NCBI RefSeq assembly: GCF_963921235.1
Contig: NW_026948250.1
Location: forward strand, 62,001-126,000
From: Mobula hypostoma
Taxonomy: Eukaryota
Direction of reading: 5' to 3'
Length of the DNA: 64,000 bases
A program made the translations under genes and the position numbers. Positions 13,030 through 25,571 of this stretch are shown one piece after another. Positions within the stretch are counted from its first letter, which is position 1; each line of letters opens with the position of its first letter. The notes below the pieces were generated by a model that saw only the letters and a list, made by a program, of their open reading frames with translations, made no database searches and was not told where the DNA came from.

Positions 13030-14700
13030 GCTGAGTGGAAAGGCCTGTTTTCCAGCTGTGTGACACTGTGACAGAGAGAGACAGAGACAGAGAGAGAGGC
13101 AGAGAGACACAGACACACAGAGAGGCAGAGAGACGGGGCATGAGTGGAAAGGTCTGTTTTCCAGNNNNNNNNNNNNNNNNNNNNNNNNNNNNNNNNNNNN
13201 NNNNNNNNNNNNNNNNNNNNNNNNNNNNNNNNNNNNNNNNNNNNNNNNNNNNNNNNNNNNNNNNNNNNNNNNNNNNNNNNNNNNNNNNNNNNNNNNNNNN
13301 NNNNNNNNNNNNNNTATTTCCAGCTGTGTGACACTGTGACAGAGAGAGACAAAGACAGAGACAGACAGAGAGAGAGACAGAGAGACAGGGGATGAGTGGA
13401 AAGGCCCGTTTTCCTGCTGTGTGACACTGTGACAGAGAGAGACAGACAGACAGAGAACAGACACAGAGAGACAGACAGAGAGACAGGGGATGAGTGGAAA
13501 GGCCTGTTTTCCAGCTGTGTGACAATGTGACAGAGAGAGACAGACAGACAGAGAACAGACACAGAGAGACAGACAGAGAACAGACAGACAGAGAGACGGG
13601 GCATGAGTGGAAAGGTCTGTTTTCCAGCTGTGTGACAATGTGACAGAGAGAGAGAGACAGAGACGGAGAGAGAGACAGACAGAGAGAGAGACAGACACAG
13701 AGAGACAGACAGACAGACAGAGAGACAGGGGATGAGTGGAAAGGCCCGTTTTCCTGCTGTGTGACACTGTGACAGAGAGAGACAGACAGACAGAGAACAG
13801 ACACAGAGAGACAGACAGAGAGACAGGGGATGAGTGGAAAGGCCTGTTTTCCAGCTGTGTGACAATGTGACAGAGAGAGACAGACAGACAGAGAACAGAC
13901 ACAGAGAGACAGACAGAGAACAGACAGACAGAGAGACGGGGCATGAGTGGAAAGGTCTGTTTTCCAGCTGTGTGACAATGTGACAGAGAGAGAGAGACAG
14001 AGACGGAGAGAGAGACAGACAGAGAGAGAGACAGACACAGAGAGACAGACAGACAGACAGAGAGACAGGGGATGAGTGGAAAGGCCCGTTTTCCTGCTGT
14101 GTGACACTGTGACAGAGAGAGACAGACAGACAGAGAACAGACACAGAGAGACAGACAGAGAGACAGGGGATGAGTGGAAAGGCCTGTTTTCCAGCTGTGT
14201 GACAATGTGACAGAGAGAGACAGACAGACAGAGAACAGACACAGAGAGACAGACAGAGAACAGACAGACAGAGAGACAGGGGATGAGTGGAAAGGCCTGT
14301 TTTCCAGCTGTGTGACAATGTGACAGAGAGAGACAGACAGACAGAGAACAGACACAGAGAGACAGACAGAGAACAGACAGACAGAGAGACAGGGGATGAG
14401 TGGAAAGGCCTGTTTTCCAGCTGTGTGACACTGTGACAGAGAGAGACAGAAACAGAGACAGACAGAGACAGACACAGAGAGACACAGAGAGACAGACAGA
14501 CAGAGACAGACACAGAGACAGAGAGACAGGGGATGAGCGGCAAGGCCTGTTTCCCAGCTGTGTGACACTGTGACAGAGAGAGAGAGACAGAGACAGAGAG
14601 AGAGGCAGAGAGACACAGACACACAGAGAGGCAGAGAGACAGGGGATGAGTGGAAAGGCCTGTTTTCCAGCTGTGTGACAATGTGACAGAAAGAGACAGA
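13030..14700. repeat. ~100-125 bp minisatellite (GATGAGTGGAAAGGCCTGTTTTCCAGCTGTGTGACA + GA/GACA tract)
   Basis: Tandem units seen directly; source of the 500-900 aa SLCVS pseudo-ORFs. Confidence 0.95.
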
Positions 14701-15266
14701 GAGAGACAGACAGGCAGACATAGAGACGGGGGGGTGGGGTGGGACAAAGAGGGGGGGTCAGACAGTGGGGAAAAGATGACAGCCCTAATGCAGCGTGTCC
14801 ACCAGAAACATCCGTTAGCTGCTTCAGATGTTGCTCGACCCACTGANNNNNNNNNNNNNNNNNNNNNNNNNNNNNNNNNNNNNNNNNNNNNNNNNNNNNN
14901 NNNNNNNNNNNNNNNNNNNNNNNNNNNNNNNNNNNNNNNNNNNNNNNNNNNNNNNNNNNNNNNNNNNNNNNNNNNNNNNNNNNNNNNNNNNNNNNNNNNN
15001 NNNNNNNNNNNNNNNNNNNNNNNNNNNNNNNNNNNNNNNNNNNNNNNNNNNNNNNNNNNNNNNNNNNNNNNNNNNNNNNNNNNNNNNNNNNNNNNNNNNN
15101 NNNNNNNNNNNNNNNNNNNNNNNNNNNNNNNNNNNNNNNNNNNNNNNNNNNNNNNNNNNNNNNNNNNNNNNNNNNNNNNNNNNNNNNNNNNNNNNNNNNN
15201 NNNNNNNNNNCGTGGAGAGAAACAGACATACACGTATGCACACAGACACCAACACACACAGATAAT

Positions 15267-15346
<80 letters not shown>

Positions 15347-15539
15347 CACACACACGCGGGTACACAGTCAGAGAAACACAGAACTGGCAGATAAATAAAG
15401 TTTGAGATAGGGAATGAGGAGGGGCGTCTGAGAGGGAGGGGTGAAGAGTGGGGACGGAGGGAGGAATGGGTGTGAACGGGCGTCTCCTGGGTGTGGTGGC
15501 TCTGTCCCCTGTCCCTGTCCCAGGATGGACAGTCAGACG

Positions 15540-16130
15540 ACGGGAGAGAGCCGCAGCCGCTGAGAGACAGAGAGAGAGGGAGCGGGCAGAGAGAGACTGG
15601 GAGCTGAAATCGGACACCGCCGGCCCATGGTATCAGGCGGCAGCTTCGGACTGCCCCAGAGCCGGCCCCGGCCCACGCAGGTACACCCCGAACCCCGCTC
15701 GGCGTGGCGGGACACCCCCCCCACCCTGTCACGGCTCCCGCCACGCTTTCTCCCCGCGAGGCGGGAGCGCGAGACCAAAAAAGGAAGTCTCTGCAAAAAA
15801 GTTTGGGGAAACTTTTTCTTTTGGTTGAAAAGTTTCGTCGGGGCGAGGTGTCCCGGGGGAGGGGGGCACTGCTCACCTGCGTAGCTGGACACCCGTGCCG
15901 GTGTCTCCGGGTCCGGGGAAGCAGAGAGACAGAGAGTCAGAGAGCGCAAAGGCAAAGGCGGGGAGGAAGTCGAGTTGCGCAGCTTTGGCTGCTGGGGGCG
16001 CGTTTTCCCCGAGCCACGTGGTGAACAAGCATTTCACGATCGCAATTTGCGTGCGTGTCTGTGTGTGTGTGTGTGTGTATAGACGGCTGGGGAGGGGGGT
16101 GGGGGTGGGGGTGGTTAGTGATGAGTCATA
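15540..16130 (-). promoter_or_regulatory. CpG-rich putative SLC43A1 promoter / non-coding first exon
   Basis: CpG-rich unique sequence with a strong minus-strand donor GCAG|gtgagc (exon end 15877), an E-box CACGTG at ~16015 and an AP-1 TGAGTCA at 16122-16128. The coding exon has an acceptor 2 nt before its ATG, so an upstream exon is required. Confidence 0.55.
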
Positions 16131-16568
16131 CAGGGAAGCAGGTGGGGGTAGGGGAAAGAGAGGAGGGAGAGGGACACTGCATGATAGTTTGTGTGAGGGA
16201 GACGCAGACTGTATGTGTGTCTGAGGGAGGGAGGGTGGAACTATGTACGCTTTGTACCGTCCGGAGGGGTTGTTGAATCAGACGGGCAGTGCACAGCAGG
16301 TAGAGAAAGAGAGGGACTTCTGGCTGTAGTGGGTGGCGGGGGAGGGGGGTGGGGACGGAGAGAGCCGAGACGTGTGACAGCTAGAGACCGAGAGGGGCGT
16401 GTATCGGACGTCACGCAGGCAGGGCTGGTGTGGGACANNNNNNNNNNNNNNNNNNNNNNNNNNNNNNNNNNNNNNNNNNNNNNNNNNNNNNNNNNNNNNN
16501 NNNNNNNNNNNNNNNNNNNNNNNNNNNNNNNNNNNNNNNNNNNNNNNNNNNNNNNNNNNNNNNNNNNN

Positions 16569-17230
16569 GATGTGTTTGTGTGTGAGGGAGAGGGTGTGTG
16601 AGAGACAGGGAGGGTGTGTGAGGGAGAGATGTGTTTGTGTGTGTGTGAGAGCGAGAGGGTGTGTATGTGTGTGAAGGAGAGATGTGTTTGTGTGTGAGGG
16701 AGAGATGTGTGTGAGGGAGAGGGAGAGGGTGTGTGAGAGACAGGGAGGGTGTGTGAGGGAGAGAGAGAGGGTGTGTGAGGGAGAGATGTGTTTGTGTGTG
16801 TGTGAGAGCGAGAAGGAGAGATGTGTTTGTGTGTGAGGGAGAGATGTGTGTGAGGGAGAGGGAGAGGGTGTGTGAGAGACAGGGAGGGTGTGTGAGGGAG
16901 AGAGAGAGGGTGTGTGAGGGAGAGATGTGTTTGTGTGTGTGTGAGAGCGAGAGGGTGTGTATGTGTGTGAGAGAGGTGTGTGAAGGAGAGATGTGTTTGT
17001 GTGTGAGGGAGAGATGTGTGTGAGGGAGAGGGAGAGGGTGTGTGAGAGACAGGGAGGGTGTGTGAGGGAGAGAGAGAGGGTGTGTGAGGGAGAGATGTGT
17101 TTGTGTGTGTGTGAGAGCGAGAGGGTGTGTATGTGTGTGAGAGAGGTGTGTGAAGGAGAGATATGTTTGTGTGTGTGTGAGAGAGGAGACGTGCGAGGGA
17201 AGTGTGTGTGTGTGTGAGAGAGAGAGACAG
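16569..17230. repeat. GT/GA compound minisatellite
   Basis: Tandem GAGATGTGTTTGTGTGTGTGAGGGAGAG units. Confidence 0.9.
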
Positions 17231-19914
17231 AGGAAGTAATTATGCGATAAAGCAAGAAATGGTCAGTCCCAGCCCATCCCTGTTTTCCCGAGACTGTCAG
17301 GCGTGTCCATGTCTGCTCCGTCTCCCTGTCCAGGTGTCTTGTAAACGTACCATTTCCGCTGACAGCCCGCTCCGGCTCTGTGTCACAAACTAGTCCCCTT
17401 TAAATCCTCAGCCTCGCTCCTTAAACTTGGGGTCTCTTTGTGTGTTTGTGTGTGTGAGCGAGACAGACAGAGATCAGTATCCCACACCGGGAGTTTTACC
17501 GCACACAGCTCCAGTCTCCGCATCCCACGCCGGGACTTTTCTGCGCGCCGCTCCCGGCCTCTGCGTCCATCTCTGGGAGCTCCCGCACGCGGTTCCGGCC
17601 TCCCTGACCGGCGGGGCACTCACCGCTCCCTCCGCCACGAAGTTCCCTCTCCTGCAGCCCCCGCGCCCATCCCATCCCATCCCATGTGGGACCCTGGTCT
17701 CCGAGACAGCTCGGGAAGGGCGCAGGTCGTCGGCAGTCCCGCGGTCTGCTGGCGGGCTGCTCCGGACGTGGGAGGGAGGGAGGGAGGGAGGGAGAGGGCA
17801 GAGGGCAGGGACAGATGTTGGTATAAGTGTGTGCCGGGACTTTCGATGGATCGGCTCGCCGATGCTGCGTTTGGGTTCTGGAGGGAGGGAGCAGAGGGGG
17901 AGGGGGAGAATGGTGGGGTCAGGGTGACTGAGAGGGAGAGAGAGAGAAGATGGGAGAGAGGGAAGACAGAGAATGTTGCGGAGGGCGAGGACGAAGAGAT
18001 CGGGGAGACGGGGGGGGTAGGAGAGAGGGGACTCAGAGGCGGGGAGAGGGGCGGAAAGGAGAGCAGTAGGGGGTGGGGAGCAGAGAGAGGGGGACTGAGT
18101 GGAGGAGGGGGAGGGAGACGGAGGAGAGCGAAAGGTGGGGGGAGAAGAGGAAGACAGAAGAGAGGGGAGAGAGATGGTAACGAGAGGGGAGACTGGGTAT
18201 GGAGAATGGGAGGGAGGGGCTGGAAGGAGTTAGGAGAGGGGGGGAAGGCGGGTAGAGAAGGGAGTGGGGGGAAAGCGACGTGGTGAGTGCTGGGCGAGAG
18301 AGAGAGAGATCGTCCTTGTTCTGCCAACTACTAAGGATTATTCCTCTCGACTCTGTCCAAGATTCCTCTCCTTCCTCCCTTACCCCTCCCCTCTCCTCTC
18401 CTCCCCCACTTCCTCCTTCTCCGCCCCTTCCTTCCTTCCCCACCTCCCTTCCTCCCTCCTCTTACTATTCTCTCCCTTCCTTCCTCCCTTCCCCTTCCAT
18501 CCTTCCCTCTCCCTCTCATGTTCCTCCCCTGCTCCCTCCCGTCTCCCTCAATAGGTTTCAAAGGTCAGAGAAATATATACAATATACATTCTGAAATTCT
18601 TTTTCTTCGCAAACGTCCACGAAAATAGAGGAGTGCCCCCCCCCAAGAATGAATAACAGTGAAATATTAAAACCCCAAAGACCCCTCCCCAGCTCCGTCT
18701 TCCTTGCCCTCCTCTCCTTACCCCTTCCTCTCCCTCCCTCCCCTCTTGCTAATCTCACCCCTCCCTCCCTCAGTCTCCCTCCCGATCCTCCCTTCCCCTT
18801 CCCCCTCCCTCCAAAGTTGTTTCGAGGCCGGCCCTCTCTCTCTCCAAAGATTCCTGCTGCCCCACTCTATCCCTGTCCCTCTCCAACCATCGCCCATCCC
18901 AAATCCCGGCTGAGCTGTCCGTGAGAGGGGAGAACATGCGTGGTGACATCGCTGAGTGGAGGGCCATCACGAGGGGTGTTTGGGGACAGAGGGGGAGATG
19001 GAGAGAGCGAGGCCGTGGGGCAGGGAGAGGGAGGGTTATTCGGAGGGTGCGGGGGGAGCCCTCTGTGTGTTTGGGGAGGGGAAGGGATGGTGGAAGAGAA
19101 GAAGAGAGGAGGAGAGGAAAAGGGAACGATAGAGAGAGAGAGATAATGAGAGGAACAAGAAAGGAGAGAGAACGAGAGAAGGGAGGAGAGCTAGATGGAG
19201 AAAGAGAACAGGAGATGAAGGGGGTGAGAGAGAGCGACAGTGAGAGGAGGGGAGAGGGAGAAAGAGGGAAGGGGCGAGGAATGAGAGAGGGAGGAGGAGA
19301 GCTGGAGAAAAGGAACGAGAGAAGTAGGAAGGAGAGAGAGAACGAGCGAGGGTAAGGAAGAGAGAAGGAGAGAGGGAACGAGAGGGAAGAAGAGAGATGG
19401 AGAGAAGGAACGAGACAGGAATGGGAGAAAGAGAGAAGGGGAGAGAGGAGGAGAGTGAGAGACTGAAAGGAAAATGCGAGGAGATGGAGAGAGAGAGAGT
19501 GAGAGAAAGTGAGAGGGAGAGTGGGAAAGGAGAGAGTGAGTGATGGATGGATGGATGGAGGGGATAGTGAATCTAGGGTGAGGAAGAGAGACGGACCAGT
19601 TTGGTTGGGGGGGGTGGATCGGGAGCGTAGGAATGAGGGAGGAGAGAGAGAAGGAGATCGGGAGATGAAGGCGGCAGAGTGAGGGATGGGAGGAAAAAGC
19701 GAGGGGGAGAGAGGGAACAAAGGAATTGGAAAAAGAGGGAGATGGATAGAGGGAATGAGAGATTGAGGCAGGAGAGGAAGAGAGAAGGATGAGCGATGGA
19801 AGGAGAATGGGGAGAGGGAAGGAGAGAGGGGGAGAGGGAGGAAAGGGAAAGGCGGGAGAGGGGATGAGCGAGTGGAGGGAAGGAGACAGGGAGAGAGCAG
19901 AGGATAGAGTGAAG

Positions 19915-20310
19915 GAGAGGGGAAGAGGGAAGGAGTGAGGGGAAGGGGAGGAGAGAGGGAAGGAGAGGGGGAAGAGGGAAGGAGTGAGGGGAAGGGGAGG
20001 AGAGAGGGAAGGAGAGGGGGAAGAGGGAAGGAGTGAGGGGAAGGGGAGGAGAGAGGGAAGGAGAGGGGGAAGAGGGAAGGAGTGAGGGGAAGGGGAGGAG
20101 AGAGGGAAGGAGAGGGGGAAGAGGGAAGGAGTGAGGGGAAGGGGAGGAGAGAGGGAAGGAGAGGGGGAAGAGGGAAGGAGTGAGGGGAAGGGGAGGAGAG
20201 AGGGAAGGAGAGGGGGAAGAGGGAAGGAGTGAGGGGAAGGGGAGGAGAGAGGGAAGGAGAGGGGGAAGAGAGAAGGAGTAAGGGGAAGGGGAGGAGAGAG
20301 GGAAGGAGAG
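19915..20310. repeat. 49-bp polypurine tandem repeat within a ~2.7 kb purine-rich tract (19070-21790)
   Basis: GGAGAGGGGGAAGAGGGAAGGAGTGAGGGGAAGGGGAGGAGAGAGGGAA repeated. Confidence 0.9.
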
Positions 20311-21801
20311 AAGGGGCAGAGGAGAGGAGAGAGTGGGAGAGGGAGAGAGCGGAGGAGAAAGTGAAGGAGAGGGAGAGAGAGAGGGAGAGAAGGGGAGGGA
20401 GAGAGCAGAGAGAGGAGAAAGGGGAAGAAGGAAGGAGAAGAGGAGAGAGGGGAGGAGAAAGGGGAGAGGGAAGGTGAGAAGGGAAGAGAGAAGGAGAGGG
20501 GGCAAGGAGAGAGGAGAGAGACAAGGAGAGGGGGAGGGAAGGACAGAGGTGAGAGGCAAGGGGGAGGGAAGGAGAGAGGTGGGAGAGAAGGAGAGGTGGG
20601 AGAGAGAGGGAGAGGGGAGCGGGAAGGAGAGAGAGGAGAGAGGGCAAGAGAAAGGGGAGAGAGGAGAGGGGGAGAGGGACGCAGGGAGAGAGAAGGGGAG
20701 AGGGGAAGAGGGAAGGAGAGGGGAGAGCGGGGAGAGGGTAGGAGAGAGTGGGGGAGGGAGGGAGAGGGGGAAATGGAAGGAGAAGAGGAGAGGGAAGGAG
20801 AGAGGGAGTAGAGGTAAGTAGAGGGGGGAAGAGGGTGTTAAGGAGAGAGTGGGGAGAGTGAAGGAAAGGGGAAGGGAAAGAAAGAGGGAGAAGGAGAGTG
20901 GGAGTAGAGGGAAGGAGGGGGGAGAAGGAAGAAGAGAGGAGTGAGGGAAATAGAGAGGGAGAGGGAAGGAGAGTGGAGGAAGATGGAAAGAGAGAGGAGG
21001 TAGGAGTGTTAAGGAGAGAGGGGGAGAGTGAAGGGGAGAAGGAAGAAGACAGGAGTGTGAGACGTAGAGGGGAGAGGGAAGGAGAGAGGGGGGAAGGAAT
21101 ATGAGGGCAGAGGGAAAGCAATGGATGGTGATGGAGGGGAAGGAGTGAGGGAGCGGAGAGGGAGGGAGTGAGTGGGTGAGAGATGACGAGAGGGATGGGT
21201 GGAGAGAATGGGAGGAGGAGGAGAAGTAGATGGGAACAGGATTGAGAGAATGTGCGAGAGCAGAGGGAGAGGGAAGGAATGAAGCAGAGAGAGATTGAGG
21301 AGAATAAAAGAGGGAGGCAGAGAAGGGGAGAAGGAGTTAGGCCACCGAAGAGGAGAGGGAGGTGAGAAGAAAGTTGGGGGTGGGGTGGAAGAGGGAGCGA
21401 GGGTGGCAGAGATTTGGGAAGGGGCAGGGCAGATGGAGAATTGATAAGTGAGAGAAATTGGAGGGAGGGGAAGGGGACAACGGGAAGCGAGGGATGGAGT
21501 GAGTGTGAGAGAGAAATTGGAGGGAGGAGGAAAGAAAGAGAGAGAGAAATGCCGATGGTGAAGGGGTGGAACAGGAGGCAGCAAGGGGAGGAATAGAGAG
21601 GAAGGGACGAGGGGGAGAGGGAGGGGTGAGAGAGGTGAGAAAGACGAGATGGGGGATAGAGAGATGGGGGAGAGGTGAGTAACAGAGGGAGATGGAGAAG
21701 GGAACAGAGGGCGGGGAAGAGAAAGAGGGGACGAATCGAAGGGGAGAGAGGGTGAGATGGGTCAGGGCAGGAGAGGGGAGCTGGGAAGGCCGGACACAGG
21801 G

Positions 21802-23268
21802 ATGTTGGACAGAACTGGTCACACTGTCCAGCAGACAGATGGGGACCCTCTCACCCCCACCACACCCTTGTGAACACCCTCCCCCTTTCTCTACAACCGT
21901 CCCCCACCCCACCCCTCTCGGTCTCTCCGCAGGACCCCTAGATCCAAGCCACGTCGCCCTCCTGGCCCTCGCTCTCTGTGTCCTCGGCTCTGCCAGCACC
22001 CTCCCGCGGAGGGAGATCAGCCGGGAGCAGACGGTCAGCTCGGCCCGACTCCTCCGCAAGGCCCTGACGCAGGTCAACGCCAAACTCCTGGTACGTCACA
22101 GCGCGGGGCTCCCTCTACATCACCCCTACAGTGTGTCCCCCCCACTTTACCCACAGTGTGTCCCCCCACTTTATCCCCAGTGTGGGCACCGAGCACTCCC
22201 GGGACACGGGTCAGACACGGTGTGGAGCTCCCTCTACATCACCCCCACGGTGTGTCCCCCACTTTAACCCCAGTGTGGGCACCGAGCGTTCCCGGGACAC
22301 GGGTCAGACACGGTGTGGAGCTCCCTCTACATCACCCCCACAGTGTGTCCCCTCCACTTTATCCGCAGTGTGGACACCGAGCGCTCCCGGGACACGGGTC
22401 AGACACGGTGTGGAGCTCCCTCTACATCACCCCCACAGTGTGTCCTCCCCCCCACTTTATCCCCAGTGTGGGCACCGAGCGTTCCCGGGACACGGGTCAG
22501 ACACGGTGTGGAGCTCCCTCTACGTCACCCCCACAGTGTCCCCCCTCCCACTTTATCCCCAGTGTGGGCACCGAGCGTTCCCGGGACACGGGTCAGACAC
22601 GGTGTGGAGCTCCCTCTACGTCACCCCCACAGTGTGTCCCCCCCCCACTTTATCCCCAGTGTGGGCACCGAGCGCTCCCGGGACACGGGTCAGACACGGT
22701 GTGGAGTTCCCTCTACATCACCCCCACGGTGTGTCCCCCCACCCCCACTTTAACCCCAGTGTGGGCACCGAGCGCTCCCGGGACACGGGTCAGACACGGT
22801 GTGGAGCTCCCTCTACATCACCCCCACAGTGTGTCTCTACCCCCCCCACTTTATCCCCAGTGTCGGCACCGAGCGCTCCCGGGACATGGGTCAGACACGG
22901 TGTTGTGCTCCCTCTACATCACCCCCACAGTGTGTCCCCCCCCACTTTATCCCCAGTGTGGGCACCGAGCGTTCCTGGGACACGGGTCAGACACGGTGTG
23001 GAGCTCCCTCTACGTCACCCCCACAGTGTGTCCCCCCCCCCACTCTATCCCCAGTGTGGGCACCGAGCGCTCCCGGGACACGGGTCAGACACGGTGTGGA
23101 GCTCCCTCTACATCACCCCCAGCAATCTTCTATCCCTAGAGTGCGTGAGGTGACCGACTATTTTTGAATGTCTCATTGTAGTCCCACCTCGGTCTGTAGG
23201 GAAGTCACCAGCCCTCAATATGCCTCCCGCCCATTGAGCGATCGTCCGCCGGCTGGTACCGTTACCCG
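21802..23268 (+). pseudogene. Partial (exons 1-3), inactivated duplicate of the helical cytokine-like gene
   Basis: Exon copies at 21802-21838, 21933-22090 and 23182-23268. The exon-1 donor is GT>AT at 21839 and there is a GAG>TAG stop at 23197-23199. Exons 4-5 are absent (duplication junction ~23302). Confidence 0.8.
22100..23120. repeat. ~96-bp minisatellite (CACTTTATCCCCAGTGTGGGCACCGAGCGCTCCCGGGACACGGGTCAGACACGGTGTGGAGCTCCCTCTACATCACCCCCACAGTGTGTC...)
   Basis: Tandem array filling intron 2 of the pseudo-copy. Confidence 0.95.
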
Positions 23269-24540
23269 GTGAGTCAGTTCTACCTCCCCGACACCCGCCC
23301 CGACGCAGAGAGAGGAGAAAGGGGAAGAAGGAAGGAGGAGAGGAGAGAGGGGAGGAGAAAGGGGAGAGGGAAAGTGAGAAGGGAAGAGAGAAGGAGAGGG
23401 GGCAAGGAGAGAGGAGAGAGACAAGGAGAGGGGGAGGGAAGGACAGAGGTGAGAGGCAAGGGGGAGGGAAGGAGGAGAGGTGGGAGAGAAGGAGAGGTGG
23501 GAGAGAGAGGGAGAGGGGAGCGGGAAGGAGAGAGAGGAGAGAGGGCAAGAGAAAGGGGAGAAAGGAGAGGGGGAGAGGGACGCAGGGAGAGAGAAGGGGA
23601 GAGGGGAAGAGGGAAGGAGAGGGGAGAGCGGGGAGAGGGTAGGAGAGAGTGGGGGAGGGAGGGAGAGGGGGAAATGGAAGGAGAAGAGGAGAGGGAAGGA
23701 GAGAGGGAGTAGAGGTAAGTAGAGGGGGGAAGAGGGTGTTAAGGAGAGAGTGGGGAGAGTGAAGGAAAGGGGAAGGGAAAGAAAGAGGGAGAAGGAGAGT
23801 GGGAGTAGAGGGAAGGAGGGGGAGAAGGAAGAAGAGAGGAGTGAGGGAAATAGAGAGGGAGAGGGAAGGAGAGTGGAGGAAGATGGAAAGAGAGAGGAGG
23901 TAGGAGTGTTAAGGAGAGAGGGGGAGAGTGAAGGGAAGAAGGAAGAAGACAGGAGTGTGAGACGTAGAGGGGAGAGGGAAGGAATAAGAGGGCAGAGGGA
24001 AAGCAATGGATGGTGATGGAGGGGAAGGAGTGAGGGAGCGGAGAGGGAGGGAGTGAGTGAGTGAGAGATGACGAGAGGGATGGGTGGAGAGAATGGGAGG
24101 AGGAGGAGGAGTAGATGGGAACAGGATTGAGAGAATGTGCGAGAGCAGAGGGAGAGGGAAGGAATGAAGCAGAGAGAGATTGAGGAGAATAAAAGAGGGA
24201 GGCAGAGAAGGGGAGAAGGAGATAGGCCACCGAAGAGGAGAGGGAGGTGAGAAGAAAGTTGGGGGTGGGGTGGAAGAGGGAGCGAGGGTGGCAGAGATTT
24301 GGGAAGGGGCAGGGCAGATGGAGAATTGATAAGTGAGAGAAATTGGAGGGAGGGGAAGGGGACAACGGGAAGCGAGGGATGGAGTGAGTGTGAGAGAGAA
24401 ATTGGAGGGAGGAGGAAAGAAAGAGAGAGAGAAATGCCGATGGTGAAGGGGTGGAACAGGAGGCAGCGAGGGGAGGAATAGAGAGGAAGGGACGAGGGGG
24501 AGAGGGAGGGGTGAGAGAGGTGAGAAAGACGAGATGGGGG

Positions 24541-25421
24541 TGTTACGTACCCCGTAACTGGGTTGCCAAACCAGCAGAAATGGATCACTCAGTTGGAGTC
24601 TGGAGTACTAGAACTAAGAAAGTTTTATTAAAGAAACAAGCAACACATTAATCGAAAGGATAATAAATGCAACAGTTCAGCGATGATAAACGCACATGTG
24701 CACAGAATTAAGATAACAGCATCAATCAAGCTCTATCGTTGTCTAGGGGTAAATGACCAATTTCAAAATGACTCAAAGTTCAGTCCAGTTTAGTAGTTCA
24801 GTTCGCAGTAATCGTTGCCATGGCGGTGGACAATGTGGGGGAAGAGAGAGATAGAATAGGAACAACTCATCATTCAGAACGGCTTCACTCACAGACCAGC
24901 GAGATGGCTCACAGACCAGCGAGATGGCTCACAAACAGCTTTTTGGGCGGGTCCTTGGTGATGTCACCTGAGGTCACCGACTGTGACCCCTCCTCCAGAT
25001 GCGGTCGATCCTCTGCAGTGAACCCGGCACCCAGGCAAGGGCGGACACACACCGGGTTCCCGCTGATCGTACCTTTCCACCCTTGTCGTTGTCTGGGACT
25101 TCTCACCCACTCGTGAGAAGCGCACCGCTTCCAGGGTCTCGTTACCTCGGGTGGCGTGTGTGTCTGTCTTAGCGAACCTGTCCCTTTTTATCCCCCTGCT
25201 GGGGTATCGCCTGTCCATCACTTCAAACAGTTCAAGGTTCAAAGGGGGGAGCCGCTCCAGACAGCTCTTCCTCCCACATCCCTTCATTACACATCTCCAG
25301 ACGCTGCTCCATTGTTCCTTATCTCTCCTTCCCCTGAGGGCAGGTGGCAGACCAACTGCTGATGCCACTGATGCTAGCCCAGGCCAGCAAACACCTTAAT
25401 TTTATGTGTATTCTCGTAACA
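24541..25421 (-). mobile_element. Solo LTR (Gypsy-like), 881 bp
   Basis: TGTTACG...CGTAACA termini with a GGGG target-site duplication. The empty site GAGATGGGGGATAGA is present in the paralogous segment at ~21646-21660. A minus-strand AATAAA (~24624) and TATA-like ATAAAAAGGG (~25190) suggest minus orientation. Confidence 0.85.
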
Positions 25422-25571
25422 GGGGATAGAGAGATGGGGGAGAGGTGAGTAACAGAGGGAGATGGAGAAGGGAACAGAGGGCGGGGAAGAGAAAGAGGGG
25501 ACGAATCGAAGGGGAGAGAGGGTGAGATGGGTCAGGGCAGGAGAGGGGAGCTGGGAAGGCCGGACACAGGG

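Noticed and set aside
13030-14700. CRISPR-like pattern of a constant ~45-bp core with variable spacers (also 7500-8165)
   Set aside because: The spacers are GA/GACA microsatellite variants rather than unique sequence. The context is vertebrate and there are no cas genes.
12834-15876. 500-900 aa Ser/Leu/Cys/Val ORFs (and their copies at 60920-63962)
   Set aside because: Minisatellite/(CT)n translation that also reads through N-runs.
18936-18948. ATGCGTG|gtgaca as a 7-nt cytokine exon 1
   Set aside because: The phase is compatible but the donor is weak. The 25572-25608 exon has a better donor, which is specifically mutated in the pseudo-copy.
18770-24588. Long Pro/Leu/Ser and Gly/Glu/Arg ORFs
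   Set aside because: Artefacts of polypurine/polypyrimidine low complexity.
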